Numbered from the stretch's first letter, positions 41,792 to 55,779 are shown. The stretch: 64,000 bases of DNA from the human T2T-CHM13v2.0 reference genome, Homo sapiens (GCF_009914755.1 NC_060930.1), one strand, 5' to 3'. Made by a program: numbers and translations. Notes: generated by a model from the letters alone, not told the origin.

Positions 41792-43335
41792 ATAATTACT
41801 CTTATTAGTTATACTTTTAAAAATGTGAATACTTTCACATGTTATTTAATATGGCAAATAAATGATAGCTTTCAAGAATTAATAGTACTCAAGGACATAA
41901 ATATACCTTTAGAAAACTAAGGTTTGGTGGAGTTTAAGTCACCAAAATAGGATCAATATTTTCATGCACAATCTTGCAAGGGAATAATTTATTAGTATGT
42001 GTTTTAAATGTTGGTATATCTTTAACAAGTGTTATTTATGTGTTGTTACTTGGTCAGTTTTCATCCATAACCAATACTACCAGTAGTACTCTTTCATTTA
42101 TAATGAACAATGTTGTGTTTGATGATTTCAGCTTTTAAAGGTAAATACCATTCTCCTTTGTTAAAGAGCAATCAATTATCAAGACACCCCAACTAATATA
42201 GTCTTAGAGTTAGCTCTCCAAACATCACTGACATGAAATCTTTCATTGTTACCCAAGACTTATAAAGAGACTTAATAAAATGACTAATATACTATATCAA
42301 AAAAGTAACACACTATATGTGAATAAACACACACAATACACACTATGCATGAGTGTATGTACATGTGTGTATGCATATGTACTGAAAATGTCATTTTGTA
42401 TACACAAAAAGCAGGAAATTCATATTAACTGAGTTTTGCAATATATTTATATCATAACACTCCTGAATTTTACAGTAAGGATGAATCATTAGTCTCTAGT
42501 ATTTCTTTGCTGAAATGGTTACTCACATTCATGTTTAATAGCTGTAGTGATAGACTTTATATGGTAATATGCCAGGCTTATTTTGACAGATTCAGCAATG
42601 AAGTTATTTTCCACATGCAGTAATTAGGTTTAGTGACAGCCATTACAATAATATAGATATTTAACCAAATAATGCAATGCAGTGTGTTAATTCCAAATGA
42701 TTTCTTGTGAATGTTAATTTGTTTCTCATCATATTATTGTTATAGGTTTTGGGTGTTGGGTTTTATTTTGTTTTGTTTTGCCAACTCTGAAGAAACTAAC
42801 CCAAATTTTAATATGAGGATCTCCCAGGAGCTTCTCTTCTGCTAAAACTGAAGGCAAATTTACTTGCAGCACTTCCAATTCATCCTGGATACAGGAGGAG
42901 TCATTACCTGAAAAGTCATGCAGCTTACACCAGCAGGATTTATAAAGCAAGGAAGAGAACAAACAACCTCTGATTGAGAATAATCAGATTTCACCTTGCT
43001 GTTATCTAGATCTTTCAACTTCTGCTTTCTGGATTTCTTCTATCTGCAAATATCTGTGCTATCTATGTTAGTGTTTATATTTTAACTTATCTATTTGTAT
43101 CTTATTGGCCCTAAGTCACTCCAATCTTGGATTAACTGTGAGGACACCAGAACATTTGTGGACTGAACAAAAAGTTTAGGTTTTAGATTTAAAGTAGAAT
43201 ATGGATCTTTTAAAAGATCCAATTTCTTAACTTGTTACTAAAATTTCTTCAATCTCAATGATCTCTCTGGGCAATAGTCTAAAATACTAACAACTTTCTA
43301 TGATTTTGTAAAGCAAGTTGAAATCATGATATATA

Positions 43336-43377
43336 AATTGGTCTTCAATTTAATTGGTCTTCAATTTAATTGGTCTT
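43336..43377. repeat. 16-bp tandem repeat, 2.6 copies
   Basis: AATTGGTCTTCAATTT x2 + AATTGGTCTT. Confidence 0.92.
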
Positions 43378-44509
43378 TTAGAAGAAAATAGGGAAATGTA
43401 CCAAGTTGTTTTACTTGATTTTTTCATTTATTTAAATTCCACAGTAAAATTTATATCTGATCCTACTCTGCTTATAAAATATAGTGTCAATGATTATTAT
43501 TCAGCATAAATTATATGATTCTTTGATATGCTTGAGATGTTTAACTAATTTGAGTTGCACTACAGCAATATTTATATAAATTGTTCTCTTAAGAGACTAG
43601 AACCATCTCTTCTTGCTTGACTGTATTTACTAAGTTAAGAAATATCTATTTTGTTTCAAGCACTGTTTTAGATAGATGTTAGAAATAAAATAATGAGTGA
43701 GAAATACACCATTTTTGTCTTACAGCTCCTACAGTCAATAGGTAAGACAGAAGGTTAAACAAAAAACTATGCATTTTCTGTTAATTGGTATGACAGAAAA
43801 TTTCAGGAAACCATTTTCCACAGAAATTTGAAAAATTGTTACTAACAATGGGATTTGATGAAACAGATGTGCTACAACTGGAGAATAGTCTAGGTCACAG
43901 GCTAAGATGTCTTTAAACATCAGTGTATTAGCGTCAAGCCAAATTGAATTTATTAGAATTGGGAATGTCAGGTAAAAATGAACATATATAATTTTGAAAT
44001 TAAAATGCATTTGTTTTGAAAGATTAAAATACCTACATCAAATCAAATCCCAGGTGATTCTCGAAACATTCTTATTTTCCTTAGTAACCTATAGATTTTC
44101 TTCCATAAATAAAGCTGATCTGTTGTTGTACCTATCCATACTTTAGCCTTTACAATCTCTTGGAAGTAATACATTTCATGAAATTTTTACCTTTTGTATG
44201 AAATAGTAAATTAATTGACGTTTCCTAAATTTACAAGCGTGAAGCAGTAATTACATTTATTCAGCATAAATCTATGAAGGGAATGCCTCCTTTGCACTGT
44301 TCTCTGATTTGTTGTTGACTTAGCTCATGCCCATTTTATTAGGGTCACACATTAAATAAAATTTATAACATAGAAATTTTTAAATGTCTTAAGCATTCAT
44401 TAAAAACTGACTTAGATCATATGAAATCAACAGTAAAAATATAGACTGAATTCTTACTTCACAGAACATTGAGCTTTATCTTGATAGCACAGGGCTGTGA
44501 GTCAGTCTC

Positions 44510-47130
44510 TGAATGGTTTGGCTCTGTGTCCCCACCCAAATCTCATGTTGTAGCTCCCGTAATTCCCATATGTTCTGGGAGGGACCTGATTGGAGAAAAC
44601 TGAATCATGGCGGTGGGTCTTTCCCATGCTGTTCTCATGAAAGTAAATGGGTCTCATGAGATCTGATGGTTCTAAAAAATGGGAGTTTCTCTGCACAAGC
44701 TCTTTTTTTGCCTGCTGCCATCCATGTAAGATGTGACTTGCTCCTCCTTGCCTTCTGCCATGAGTGTGAGACCTCCCCAGTCATGGAACAGTAAGTCCAA
44801 TTAAACCTCTTTCTTCTGTAAGTTGCCCAGTCCCTGGTATGTCTTTATCAGCAGTGTGAAAACAGACTAACACAGTAAATTGATACTGGGAGTGGGGCAT
44901 TGCTAAAAGGATACCCGAAAATGTGGAAGTGACTTTGGAACTGAGTAACAGACAGAGGTTGAGGAAAATGTGGGAAAGTTTGGAACTTCTCAGAGACTTG
45001 TTGAATGACTTTGACAAAAATGCTGATAGTGGTATGAATAATAAGGTCCAGGCTGAGGTGGTCTCAGACAGAGATGAAGAACTTGTTGGGAACTGGAACA
45101 AAGATGACTCTTGTTATGTTTTAGCAAAGAGACTAGTGGCATTTTGCCCCTGCCCTAAAGACTTGTGGAACTTTGAACTTTAGAGAGATGATTTAGGGTA
45201 TCTGGTGGTAGAAATTTCTTTTTCTTTTTCTTTTTTTTTTTTTTTTTTTTTGAGACTGAGTCTTGCTCAGTTGCCCAGGCTGGAGTGCAGTGGTGTGATC
45301 TCGGCTCACGGCAACCTCTGCCTTTCAGATTCAAGTGATTCTCCTCCTCAGCCTCTTAAGTAGGTGGGATTACAGGTGCCTGCCACCATGCCCAGGTAAT
45401 TTTTTGTATTTTTCAGTAGAGATGAAGTTTCACCATGTTGGCCAGGCTGGCCTTGAACTCCTCACCTCAGGTGATCCACCTGCCTTGGCCTTCCAAAATG
45501 CTGGGATTACAGGCGTGAGCCACCACACTCAGCTTGGCGGAAGAAATTTCTAAGCAGCAAAGCATACAAAAGGTGACTTGGGTTTTGTTAAAGGCATTCA
45601 GTTTTATGAGAAAAGCAGAGCATAAACATTTGGAAAATTTGCAGCCTGACGATGCATTAGAAAAGAAAATCCCATTTTCTGAGGAGAAATTCAAGCCAGC
45701 TGCAGAAATTTGCATAGGTAACCAGGAGCCAAATGTTAATCCCCAAGACAATGGGGAAAATGTCTTCAGGGCATGTCAGAAGTCTTAATGGCAGTCCCTC
45801 CTATCATAGGCCTGGAGGCCTAGGAGAAAAACGTGGTTCCGTGGGCCAGGCTCAGGGTCCCTGTGCTGTGTGCAGCTTACAGACTTGGTGCCCTGCATCC
45901 CAGCCACTCCAGTCATGGCTGAAAGGGGCCAATGTAGTGCTCAGGCTGTTGCTTCAGAGGGTGCAAGCCTCAAGCCTTGGCAGCTTGCACATGATGTTGG
46001 GCCTGCGAGTGCACAGAAGTCAAGAATTGTGGTTTGGAAACCACTGCCTAGATTTCAGAAGATGTATGGAAACACCTGGATGCCCAGGCAGATGTTTGCT
46101 GCAGGGCCAGGGCTCTCATGGAGAACCTCTGCTAGGGCAGTGTAGAAGGGAAATGTGTGGTGGGAGCCCCCACACAGAGTCCCTACTGGGGCACTGCCTA
46201 GTGGAGCTGTGAGAAGAGGGCCACCATCCTCCAGACCCCAGAATGGTAGGTCCACTGACAGCTTGCACTGTGCACCTGAAAAAGCCACAGACACTCAAAA
46301 CCAGCCTGTGATGGCAGCCAGGAGGGAAGCTGTACCCTGCAAAGCCACAGGGCAGAGCTGCCAAAGAACATGAGAACCCACCTCCTGCATCCGTGTGACT
46401 TGGATGTGAGACGTGCAGTCAAAGGAGATAATTTTGGAGCTTTAAAATTTGACTGCCCCGCTGGATTTTGGACTTGCCTGGGGCCTGTATCCCCTTTGTT
46501 TTGGCCAATTTCTCCTCTTTGGAATGGCTATATTTACCCAATGCCTGTACCCCCATTGTATCTAGGAAGTAACTAATTTGCTTTTGACTTTACAGGTTCA
46601 AAGGCAGAAAGGATTTGCCTTATCTCAGATGAGACTTTGGACTGTGGACATTTGAGTTAATGTTGAAATGAGTTGACACTTTGGGGGACTCTTGGGAAGG
46701 AATGATTGGTTTTAAAAAGTGAAGATATGAGATTTGGGAGAGGACAGGGATGGAATGATAATGATATGTTTTGGCTGTGTGTTCCCACCCAAATTTCACC
46801 TTGTAGCTCCTATAATTCTCAGGTGTTGTGGGAGGGACTTGGTGGGAGATAATTGAATCATGAGGGCAGGTCTTTCCCATGCTGTTTTTGTGAGAGTGAA
46901 TGGGTCTGATGAGATCTGATGGTTTTAAAAAATGGGAGTTTCTCTGCACAAGCTCTTTTTTTTGCCTGCCACCATCCACGTAAGATGTGACTTGCTCTGC
47001 CTTGCCTTCCACCATGATTGTGAGGTCTCCCCAGCTATGTGGAACTGTAAGTCCAATTAAACCTCTGTCTTTTGTAGATTGCCCAGTCTCGGATATGTCC
47101 TTATCAGCAGTGTAAAAATGGACTATTACA
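44510..47130 (+). mobile_element. Complete THE1A MaLR element (5' LTR 44510-44874, internal, 3' LTR 46762-47130)
   Basis: Two direct-repeat LTRs with GTCCAATTAAACCTCT..TTGCCCAGTC; 5-bp TSD GTCTC at 44505-44509 and 47131-47135. Confidence 0.95.
45220..45534 (-). mobile_element. AluS SINE inserted in THE1A internal region
   Basis: Alu dimer; TSD TGGTGGTAGAAATTTCT (45203-45219) / TGGCGGAAGAAATTTCT (45535-45551). Confidence 0.93.
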
Positions 47131-47189
47131 GTCTCCATACACATAATTAACTAAATATCTGTATAACTCCCACAATTTGCATGAAAGAT

Positions 47190-48330
47190 AACTTTAAAAA
47201 TGCTATCAAAGTAGTAACAGAGGGGTGTAAATCAAGTAGTGGTGTCAGAGGAATGGTCTCTAAGTGAAAAATGAATTGAATCTAAGATGAAATGGGTGAG
47301 TAGATGTTGACAGGTGGTTGTTTGTCCTGGGAGAGGGAAAGACTGGGAGAAAGGCTGAGCAGAAGAATGGGACAACAGGTAGAAATAATAACATGTTTGA
47401 ACTTAAAAGGATTTGATGCTGTCCAGAAATAGAAATAACCCAATATTCTTTCAATAAAAAACAGTGGAAATGAAAATAAAAATGCAACAATAGAATAGAT
47501 CAAGCTGTACTATAAGCAGAAAGTGCTTGATGTATTAATTTATTTTAAGGACGCTAGATTTTTAAGGAGAGCTACATTTATTATATCTTTTAAAAATATC
47601 ACTTTTCCTTCTGTTTAAATAGAGGATTAGAGAGAGATATAAATAGAACCAGACAGATCTGTTAGAAGGCTTTTTTAAAAAGTTCAAGTTACCTGGAATA
47701 AAATGGAAAGAAGGGAACATTTTAATCAAAATTCACCCAAGCAAGGATGGAATGAAGGTGGGTGATAAGAGATTTGTTTCAAGAATGCTTCCCAGGTTTC
47801 TGCCATGAGCGCTGGATATGAGGTCAAGTCTGTTGCTCAGATAAGGAAGAGCAGAAAAGAAATATGTTTGGGATGGGGGCCATTGAAGGTTAGGTCTCAT
47901 GCATGCTATGTTTGTGATGTTTATGAGACATCAAGTGACGATACCAAGTAGATACTTCAATACATGCTCCAGAATTCAGAAGAGAAATCTGGAATAAAAT
48001 GTGAGTTATATGCATATTCATGGTATTTAAAGTTATGGCAGTGGAAGGAAACCTAAGGAGAGGGTACAGGTTGAGTACAAAAATGGCCTTCTGTGGAGTT
48101 CCAGGTAATAGAAACTTACAGTTTTCCAAAGCCACAAAGTAGAGGGAAAAGTGACTATGAAGACTTTGAGATAGAGTCCAGAAAGTGAGCTGAAAAACCA
48201 AGAGAGTTTTATGTCTCTGATGTCAGGTAATCAGAGCATTTCTGAGATAGAATGATAAGCTGTGCCAAATGCTACTGAGAAATCCAGATAACTGAAAATA
48301 ATAATCTTTGTAACCCTGATTCACAGTGCT
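47190..48330 (-). mobile_element. L2 fragment
   Basis: AAGAATGCTTCCCAGGTTTCTG; TTATGAGACATCAAGTG; CCAGAATTCAAGAAGAGAAATCTGG; TGTGCCAAATGCTACTGAGA. Confidence 0.75.
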
Positions 48331-48895
48331 ATATAGGCTTTAGCACTTTGTAAATGCAAAATTAGTATATTTAGTTTTCCACTAAATATACTAATCCATT
48401 CCAAGTTGCTTGATGATGATAGGTATTTGATAGTTACATTTGAAAGCAATAATCTCTACTTCCTGCTGTCTTGAAGGATATGAGTATAATATTCCAAGGC
48501 TCATAACCTATGTGAAAATGGGTGTTTTCAAGACTCATATCTTCTACATATACATTATATTATATTTTTAAAAGTACACTGCCCCAGATTAAAATGAATT
48601 TGCCATTTATAACTCAAATTACAAACTGTTCCTTAGATCACTTAGATCCAGCAAAGCTTTGCATTACACAGAAAAGTTTTCCACAAACTTCAGGCTTCTC
48701 TTATGTACTTTTTCTCTAAATCATTTATAAAAACATTAAATAAGGGGTATACTGGCACTATTCCATAAGGAACATTGGCGTTTACACTTCTTTATTTAGA
48801 AAAATGTCTGCTTATTTCTAGCCTTTCCTCTTGTCTCTAAACTAGCTTTGTATATATGGCAAAACAGTTCCCCAGATGCCATATTTTTAAAATTC

Positions 48896-49764
48896 TGAGA
48901 AATTGCCATACTGTCTTCCACAGTGGTTGAACTAATTTACATTCGCATCAACAGTGTAAAAGCATTCCTATTTCTCCACAGCCTCACCAGCATCTTTTGT
49001 TTCCTGACTTTTTAGTAATTGCCATTCTGACTGGTGTGAGATGTTATCTCACTGTGGTTTTAATTTACATTTCTCTGATGATCAGTAATGTTGAGCTTTT
49101 TTTCACATTTGTTGGATGTATAAATGTCTTCTTTTGATAAGTGTCTCTTCATATCCTTTGCCTACTTTTTGATGGGGTTGTTTTTTTTTTTCTTGTAAAT
49201 CTGTTTGTGTTCCTTATAAATTCTGGAAATTAGACCTTTGTCAGATGGGTAGATTGCAAAAATTTTCTCCCATTCTGTAGGTCGCCTGTTCACTCTGATG
49301 ATAGTTTGTTTTCGTGTGCAAAAGCTCTTTAGTTTTATTAGATCCCATTTGTCAATTTTGGCTTCTGTTGCAGTTGCTTTTGGCATTTTTGGCGTGAAGT
49401 CTTTGCCCATGCCTATGTCCTGAATGGTATTGCTTAGGTTTTTCTCTAGGGTTTTTATGGTTTTAGGTTTCATATTTAAGTCTTTAATCTATCTTGAGTT
49501 AATTTTTGTATAAGATGTAAGAAAAGGGTTCAGTTTCAATTTTCTGCATATGGCTTGCCAGTTTTCCCAGCACCATTTACTGAGTAGGAGATCCTTTCCC
49601 CATTGCTTGTTTTTGACAGTTTTGTCAAATATCAGATGGTTGTAGATGTGTGGCATTCTGAGGTCTCTGTTTTGCTTCATTGGTCTATATGTCTGTACCA
49701 CGCTGCTTTGGTTAGTGTAGCCTTGTACTACAGTTTGAAGTCAGGTAGCATGAAGTCAGGTAAC
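48896..49764 (-). mobile_element. Inverted 5' segment of L1PA8A-like element (ORF2 C-terminal region)
   Basis: ORF 49162-49473 [47 protein letters not shown] is L1 ORF2. Confidence 0.93.
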
Positions 49765-50322
49765 GTGGAAGACAATATGGCAATTCCTCAAGGATCTATA
49801 ATCAGAAATACCATTTGACCCAGCCATCCCATTACTGGCTGTATACCCAAAGGAATTAAATCATTCTGCTACAAAGACACATGCACACAAATGTTTATTG
49901 CAGCACTATTTACGATAGCAAAGACATGACCTAACCCAAATGCCCATCAATGATAGACTGGATAAAGACAATGTGGTACATAGGCACCATGGAATACTAT
50001 GCTGCCATAAAAACGAATGAGATCATGTCCTTTGAAGAGACATGGATGAAGCTGGAAGCCATCATCCTCAGCAAACTAACACAGGGACAGAAAACCAAAC
50101 ACTGCATGTTCTCGCTCATAAGTGCGAGTTGAACAATGAGAACAACACATGGACACAGAGAGGGGAACAACACATACCAGGGCCTGCTGGGCGTGGGGGT
50201 GAGGGGAGGGAACTTAGAGGGTGGGTCAATAGGTGCAGCAAATCACCATGACACATGTATACCTATGTAACAAACTTGCATGTTCTGCACGTGTATCCCG
50301 TTTTTTTTTTAGAAGAGAAAAA
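49765..50322 (+). mobile_element. Sense 3' segment of the same L1PA8A-like element
   Basis: DWIKTMWYIGTMEYYAAIK..HCMFSLIS; 3' end GGGAACTTAGAGG..GTATCCCGTTTTTTTTTTAGAAGA as recalled for L1PA8A. Confidence 0.9.
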
Positions 50323-51273
50323 TTTTTTTGAATACATTTGGTACATAATTTTATTGATTATTTTATTAATAGCTCAGTATTTATATCCACTGATTGCTTT
50401 TTTTCACATACTTTTGTAACTTATTTTTCTCCCTTTAAAACCGCTTATGATTTACCTTTTATCGCTGACTTACATACTCTTTTATATGAGGCTCATTAAC
50501 TATTATACCAATAGCTACATTTCCTAGTATTCATTGAAATCTCTACTAGCTTGTCTGTTAATTTGCTGAGAATGCTATGACTGTATTGCTTTGTTTTAGA
50601 ACATTTTATTCTAAAATATCTTTTTGATGGGATAGCAACTACCTTAGCCATTCATAACAACTTGTATATTTTAGGACAGTATCTTGTTTCTAATGTGTCC
50701 CAACCAAATGCTTGTTTTGAGGATTAATGTTTATATAATTCTCAGTTATTTACCTGTGTGTTAGAGTTGGACATATCCAAAAAGTTTACAACATAATTTT
50801 CTGAATAGTCAGTACTTTTCACAGGTCCCATTCAAGTTATTTTCCTTTTCACCTGTCCTAAAAATGGGAAAATCCTGTCTAGAATTGATGGAAGGAAAAA
50901 TAGGTGGCATATCTTTATTCTACTATTCACCATTCAATTCAATTGGGGAGGGTTATCGGATAAATTCAGCAGAAATGTAGTAAATCTTATGGCATCAAAC
51001 ATGAGCATAAATTGTGTATTATAATGTGCATTACAGACCTACATAGTAAGCAAAAAACAGTTATACAAAATTCATTTCACACAATGTCCTTGATTCCCAA
51101 AAACAGAGCTAAATCATTTTTATCATGCAGTTAAAAGAAACAAACTACACACCTGCACTTGAACATTTGGTATACTTTTTGTCTCGGATCTACAGCTGAG
51201 AGGCAGGTTCATAGATGTAGTTCTTGGTCAAATTTCCAATTGTTTTTTAAATGTTAATTTAATGCATTTATAT

Positions 51274-51276
<3 letters not shown>

Positions 51277-51309
<33 letters not shown>
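51277..51309. repeat. (AC)n microsatellite, about 16 units
   Basis: Perfect dinucleotide run. Confidence 0.97.
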
Positions 51310-51312
<3 letters not shown>

Positions 51313-51914
51313 GTATATAATTTCTAATCACTTTTTTGTCTGAAACCTTGACCTAGAGTTGACATAATATGGCTCCTCCTCAGAAAATTTGTTCCCACTT
51401 CTTGTTTCTTGAAGCCCTCCCACCAACTCCACACTGTTTGGATTATACTACAGCAGAATCTTTGCCTCACCACCCATCCCTTCTCCTTCTTCCTGACCAC
51501 CTCCCCTCCCCAATTTTCTGGAAATGATAATCCATTTAAGAAAATAAAATACAATTAAAGTATTTGGCCATTAAAAGATTAATAGATTTTGTTATTAAAA
51601 AATAATAAAATGCAATGTAAAAAACCCCACAAATTTGAAGAATCTAGGTCTTAACAAGGAGGATTTTCAAGAGGGTGGAGACAAATGCTTCCATTCTGTA
51701 GGCTCTGCAATGTGGTGTTCCTCAAATGACAGCAAGCAAGCCAGCATTTCTTGCCAAATTGGAATGACACTTAGAGTTGTATGTCTTGTAACTGATGAAA
51801 ATCCTTCCCGTATTCTAGTTAGTTTGGCTTCTACTACTGAGAGCCACTGTGGAGGATTACCAAATGCTTTTGAGTTTTCCTGAGTATTTTAAAGGAAATT
51901 TGGGATACTGAGAA

Positions 51915-52410
51915 ATGATATTCAGGCAGAAAACTGAGTGTTTAATCTTTGAGATAGAACTTGAAGGATATGTAAAATTTCAACCAGCCAGAGATAGAAG
52001 AGTAAGAACATTTCAGAAGAATAAAGCAGTGTGAAGAGACAAGAAAAACCCAGGTAGTGTTAGAAAGAAAATAGGTGGTTTTGTCTGACTGTAGTGTGAG
52101 TTTATATATGAAGGATTAATGGGAACTAAGGATAAAAACATTGCTGCGATGTTATCATGTGCCTTGTGAAGGCTCTGTGTGTGTGTGTGTGTGTGTGTGC
52201 GTGTGTAAGCATTGGAAAACCTCCAAAAGTTTTTAGAACAAGAGTCATGATCAGAGGTGGGTTTTGAAAATCCAAATCTGACTATTAATGGCCTGATGAT
52301 GATTTGGACTAAGGAGAAGCTGGAGGTAGGTAGTTCATAAGCTAAAATATTGGTCCAGGTAAGATGTTTTGGGGTATAAAAAGGAAAATATTTTGGGAAA
52401 TGAAAAATAA
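51915..52410 (-). mobile_element. L2 fragment containing a (TG)n run at 52176-52206
   Basis: TTTGAGATAGAACTTGAAGGATATGTA..AAGAACATTTCAG; GGTCCAGGTAAGA. Confidence 0.6.
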
Positions 52411-55400
52411 TTGATCAGTGTTTTATTTTCTGAGCTCTTTTTTACCCTGGGGGTTCCCACCAATTGAATAAATGTCATGCATTTCTACAGAAGGCAGACA
52501 GGGTATTGTCTAGGTACAACAAAGAAGTCATTGCTCAACTTTGAGTTTCAAATTATAAATATATTTTGGATACAACTTAAGGTTATCTGCATTTCAATGC
52601 TTTTCCTCTAAGAATGGATTTGGGCAGTCAGCAGCAGTAAACACTTTGGCTATACATGCTCATCAGATTTTCTAATAGAGTGTGTCTAGAGGACATACTT
52701 TAGGAAATGCAGCCCTGTGTATCTTCTAAGGAAGGCTGTGATATTTCTGTTGTTTCTCTATTCCAAATCTGACATTTTCTTTCAAATGAGGTTTGTACCG
52801 ACTCACTCTCACCTTGTTATTCAGAAACAGAGCTTCTGAGAGCTCTTCTCCCCAGAGAGTGATAGATCAATGTGGGAGCTCACATTTGTTTGAATGTATG
52901 TCAGGTAATCACGGTACAGCCCCTGACTATTGACTGAGTAAAGAGAAAGTGAAAAATCCTGATATTTTCCATTAGAATCATAAATTCTAAAGGATATTTC
53001 TGCAATAAAATTAAAAATGTAGGGTTTTTTGTTTTAAAAAAAACTTGTAAATTCAGGTCATAAAAATGAATTGTGATTTGAGCGGCCATTATCCTTGAAA
53101 ATCTTTATTTAGCATTGTTTTACTTTATTATTGTAATTTTCCCATGAGATGGCTAAAATTACTCTTAAAAGTTGCTCATTTCTGTGCTGCCAACTTCTCT
53201 AAATATGCATTGCTTAAATATTTTGATATATACTAATCCCACTGCTTTCATGTTTACATATATCCCAAAATGGAAACCTAAAAGATGACTAAGATTAGAC
53301 CATAAGAAAACAGAGTGAAGTTAATAAAACATGAGATTTTGTATTCTCTCTGATTCCCAAGGCAAAGTTTAAAAGCTCAATTATCAGTCCATTGGCTTCC
53401 CTTTGATATGAGATAATTATAAGCAATATTTAACTAGTACTTGAATAATACTTTGTAACTTTTAAATACTTTCATAAGCATTGTCATAATTTATGGTATC
53501 CTTTTGCAGTAGCATTCATTTATTATCCCCTTTGTCACTGAGCCACGGTGAGATTAATTTACTTTTTCCTGATTACAATTAGCAACGTTGAGCTGGAGCA
53601 TATTTTCTGCTCTCTGGGCTCGGTCTGGCTTTTTCTCCTAAAACTTTTATGTTGCGTCTCTCCATATCCCGTCTTACTGGCATCTCACCTCTTTCTCCAT
53701 CAGCTGTCTCACCTCATAATTGCATTTGTTGGTCACAAATGGGCTGATCAGGTAGATGTCAATAAAGAGGAAACACCTCATAGTATACGTATTTTTTTAT
53801 TTTTACAGTGAGTCAGAAGCATCATCTTCATGGATGGCATCCTGCTTGCTTATTTGTTTCATGAGTGAAAGCATCTCTTCAGCTTTTGTGCAAAATGAAA
53901 AGATCATTAGGGACACCAATTTAAATTAGAGTAGGCAGAGTAAATGTGTAAAAGACAAAAAAAAAATTAATCACCTGTGGCAACTGTCATTTGAAGTTAT
54001 CCTCCCTTCATTCCACTCCAGCACATCCACATAAACACAAAGAGAGATCATATTGTTTACTGGTATCAAACTGCAGAATTTGGCTTGCCTAAGGCACTGC
54101 TCTAGCCCAGAATCCACACCACCACAAATATCAATTTGGAATGCAGCTTCAGTGCTAGTGGAAAAGCTGTCACAGGCAAGTCTAAAATACTGAGAGTGCT
54201 GAGCTCCTGACATTGCTAAAGATGATCATGAAGACATTTATCCAGTCTCTCCTGCCTCCCTTTCGCCCATCCCTTCAGAAGCTTATGTCAAGTGTGACAG
54301 GCTAGGTGATGAATGGGTAGAAAGTTGACAGATGACGACAGGCGGCTGAGTAGGTGAAATCCTCCTTCCTTAATTCTTGTGATTTTACCTTTCTGACACA
54401 ATGAACTTATATTAGAATGTATGACTAAATAAACCACAGAAAGTAAAACCATTCACAAAGAAATAGAGTCGAGAACAGAAAGCCATGCTCTCATTTTCCT
54501 CAAGTTTCTTGATTGCTGGACTTTTGGAATACAATTCGTAATCAAGGGCATATTATTTAGAGTTAAGTGGGATGATTAGCTGTGTTGTTTTTCTCTGGAA
54601 TATATATCCAGAGTACTTAGCTCAAAGTCATGAGTCAGAAAAATCCCATTTCTCATAAATCTCTTCTAGAGCAGACTAAAAAAGAAATCAGCTCATTGGA
54701 ATTTTGATTAATGAGAAAAAGAGAAAGGTTTAAGGGTGAGTGCTTTCTTCTATTGATGTTCGTGAAATGGTGGTGACTGCCTGACACATCCTAGTCCAAA
54801 GCAATTGAAAATCATTTTAACTTTGCTTTGTTTTGAGAGGCTTAGGGGTTATTGAATTGAGAGAAATTGGACTGAAACAAGTAATTTTTTTGACACAGGC
54901 CACTAAACAGCTTGGAGACCATGAGTCTTAAGGCCCCAAGCAGGTCATTTAGTAGAGAATGGTGCCTTTCTCACGGGGTGCTTTCTTCTTACATAAATGT
55001 ACGGAAGAACAAGGCATAGTGACATTCTGAATTTTCCTGTGTGTCTTTATATTTACAATTAGCAATTAATGGCAATGAAGTTTTTACCTATACCTTTACA
55101 TCACCACTGACAATAACTATCCAATTGGGATCAATACAGACAGAGAAGATGATAAAGTTGTAACTCTTCTTTAAAGCAGGGAATTGTAATTCCTTACTCA
55201 AGTTCAAGTATATGAATTTCTACGCTGGAAAGTATTTTATATTCTTTTTCAGAGTGTAAGGGAATTATATTTCACAGGATTTTTATATTAAATAATACTA
55301 GGGTGGAGATTGGAAATAATTTCTTCTTTTCTCCTGCTTTTTAAACACAGGTTTATGGCCACAGACATATTTTTTTAATTTGCAAATTTCCATTTTGTTA

Positions 55401-55779
55401 AACTACATATTTCTATTAATAAAATTTAAATGCTCTAATAAAATTGATTTCTAAGTCTTTTCCTCTTTTTTCTGATATGATGATACTATAACTAAATCAG
55501 TGGCTGATTCTTCTTGCTTTAGAACATTTCATTTTTCTATGATTCTTGATAGGTTTATATTTTTAAAAATAATATTTATAAACTGTATATGTGAGGTTTC
55601 CTGTTTTGGGGCTCCTGTGATGCTCCTTCTTGAAAAGCATAATTTGAGATATCTTTAGTCCTTGTGGATTTATATCTCTTTAGAGTTAAAAGTATTAAAA
55701 TCGGTAATTTGCTTTGTTTATCTTCTATGCTGTCTTCTTGGGCAAGCTATGTTTTCTAATACACACGTTCCAATAATTA

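Noticed and set aside
43336-43377. Direct repeats considered as a CRISPR-like array
   Set aside because: Contiguous tandem copies without spacers, in eukaryotic DNA
45467-47144. Longest ORFs in the window (159 and 174 aa)
   Set aside because: Lie within THE1A internal/LTR sequence; common spurious frames
53548-54213. ORFs of 87 aa (+) and 80 aa (-) in non-repeat DNA
   Set aside because: No recognisable domain or supporting gene structure; region better explained as non-coding
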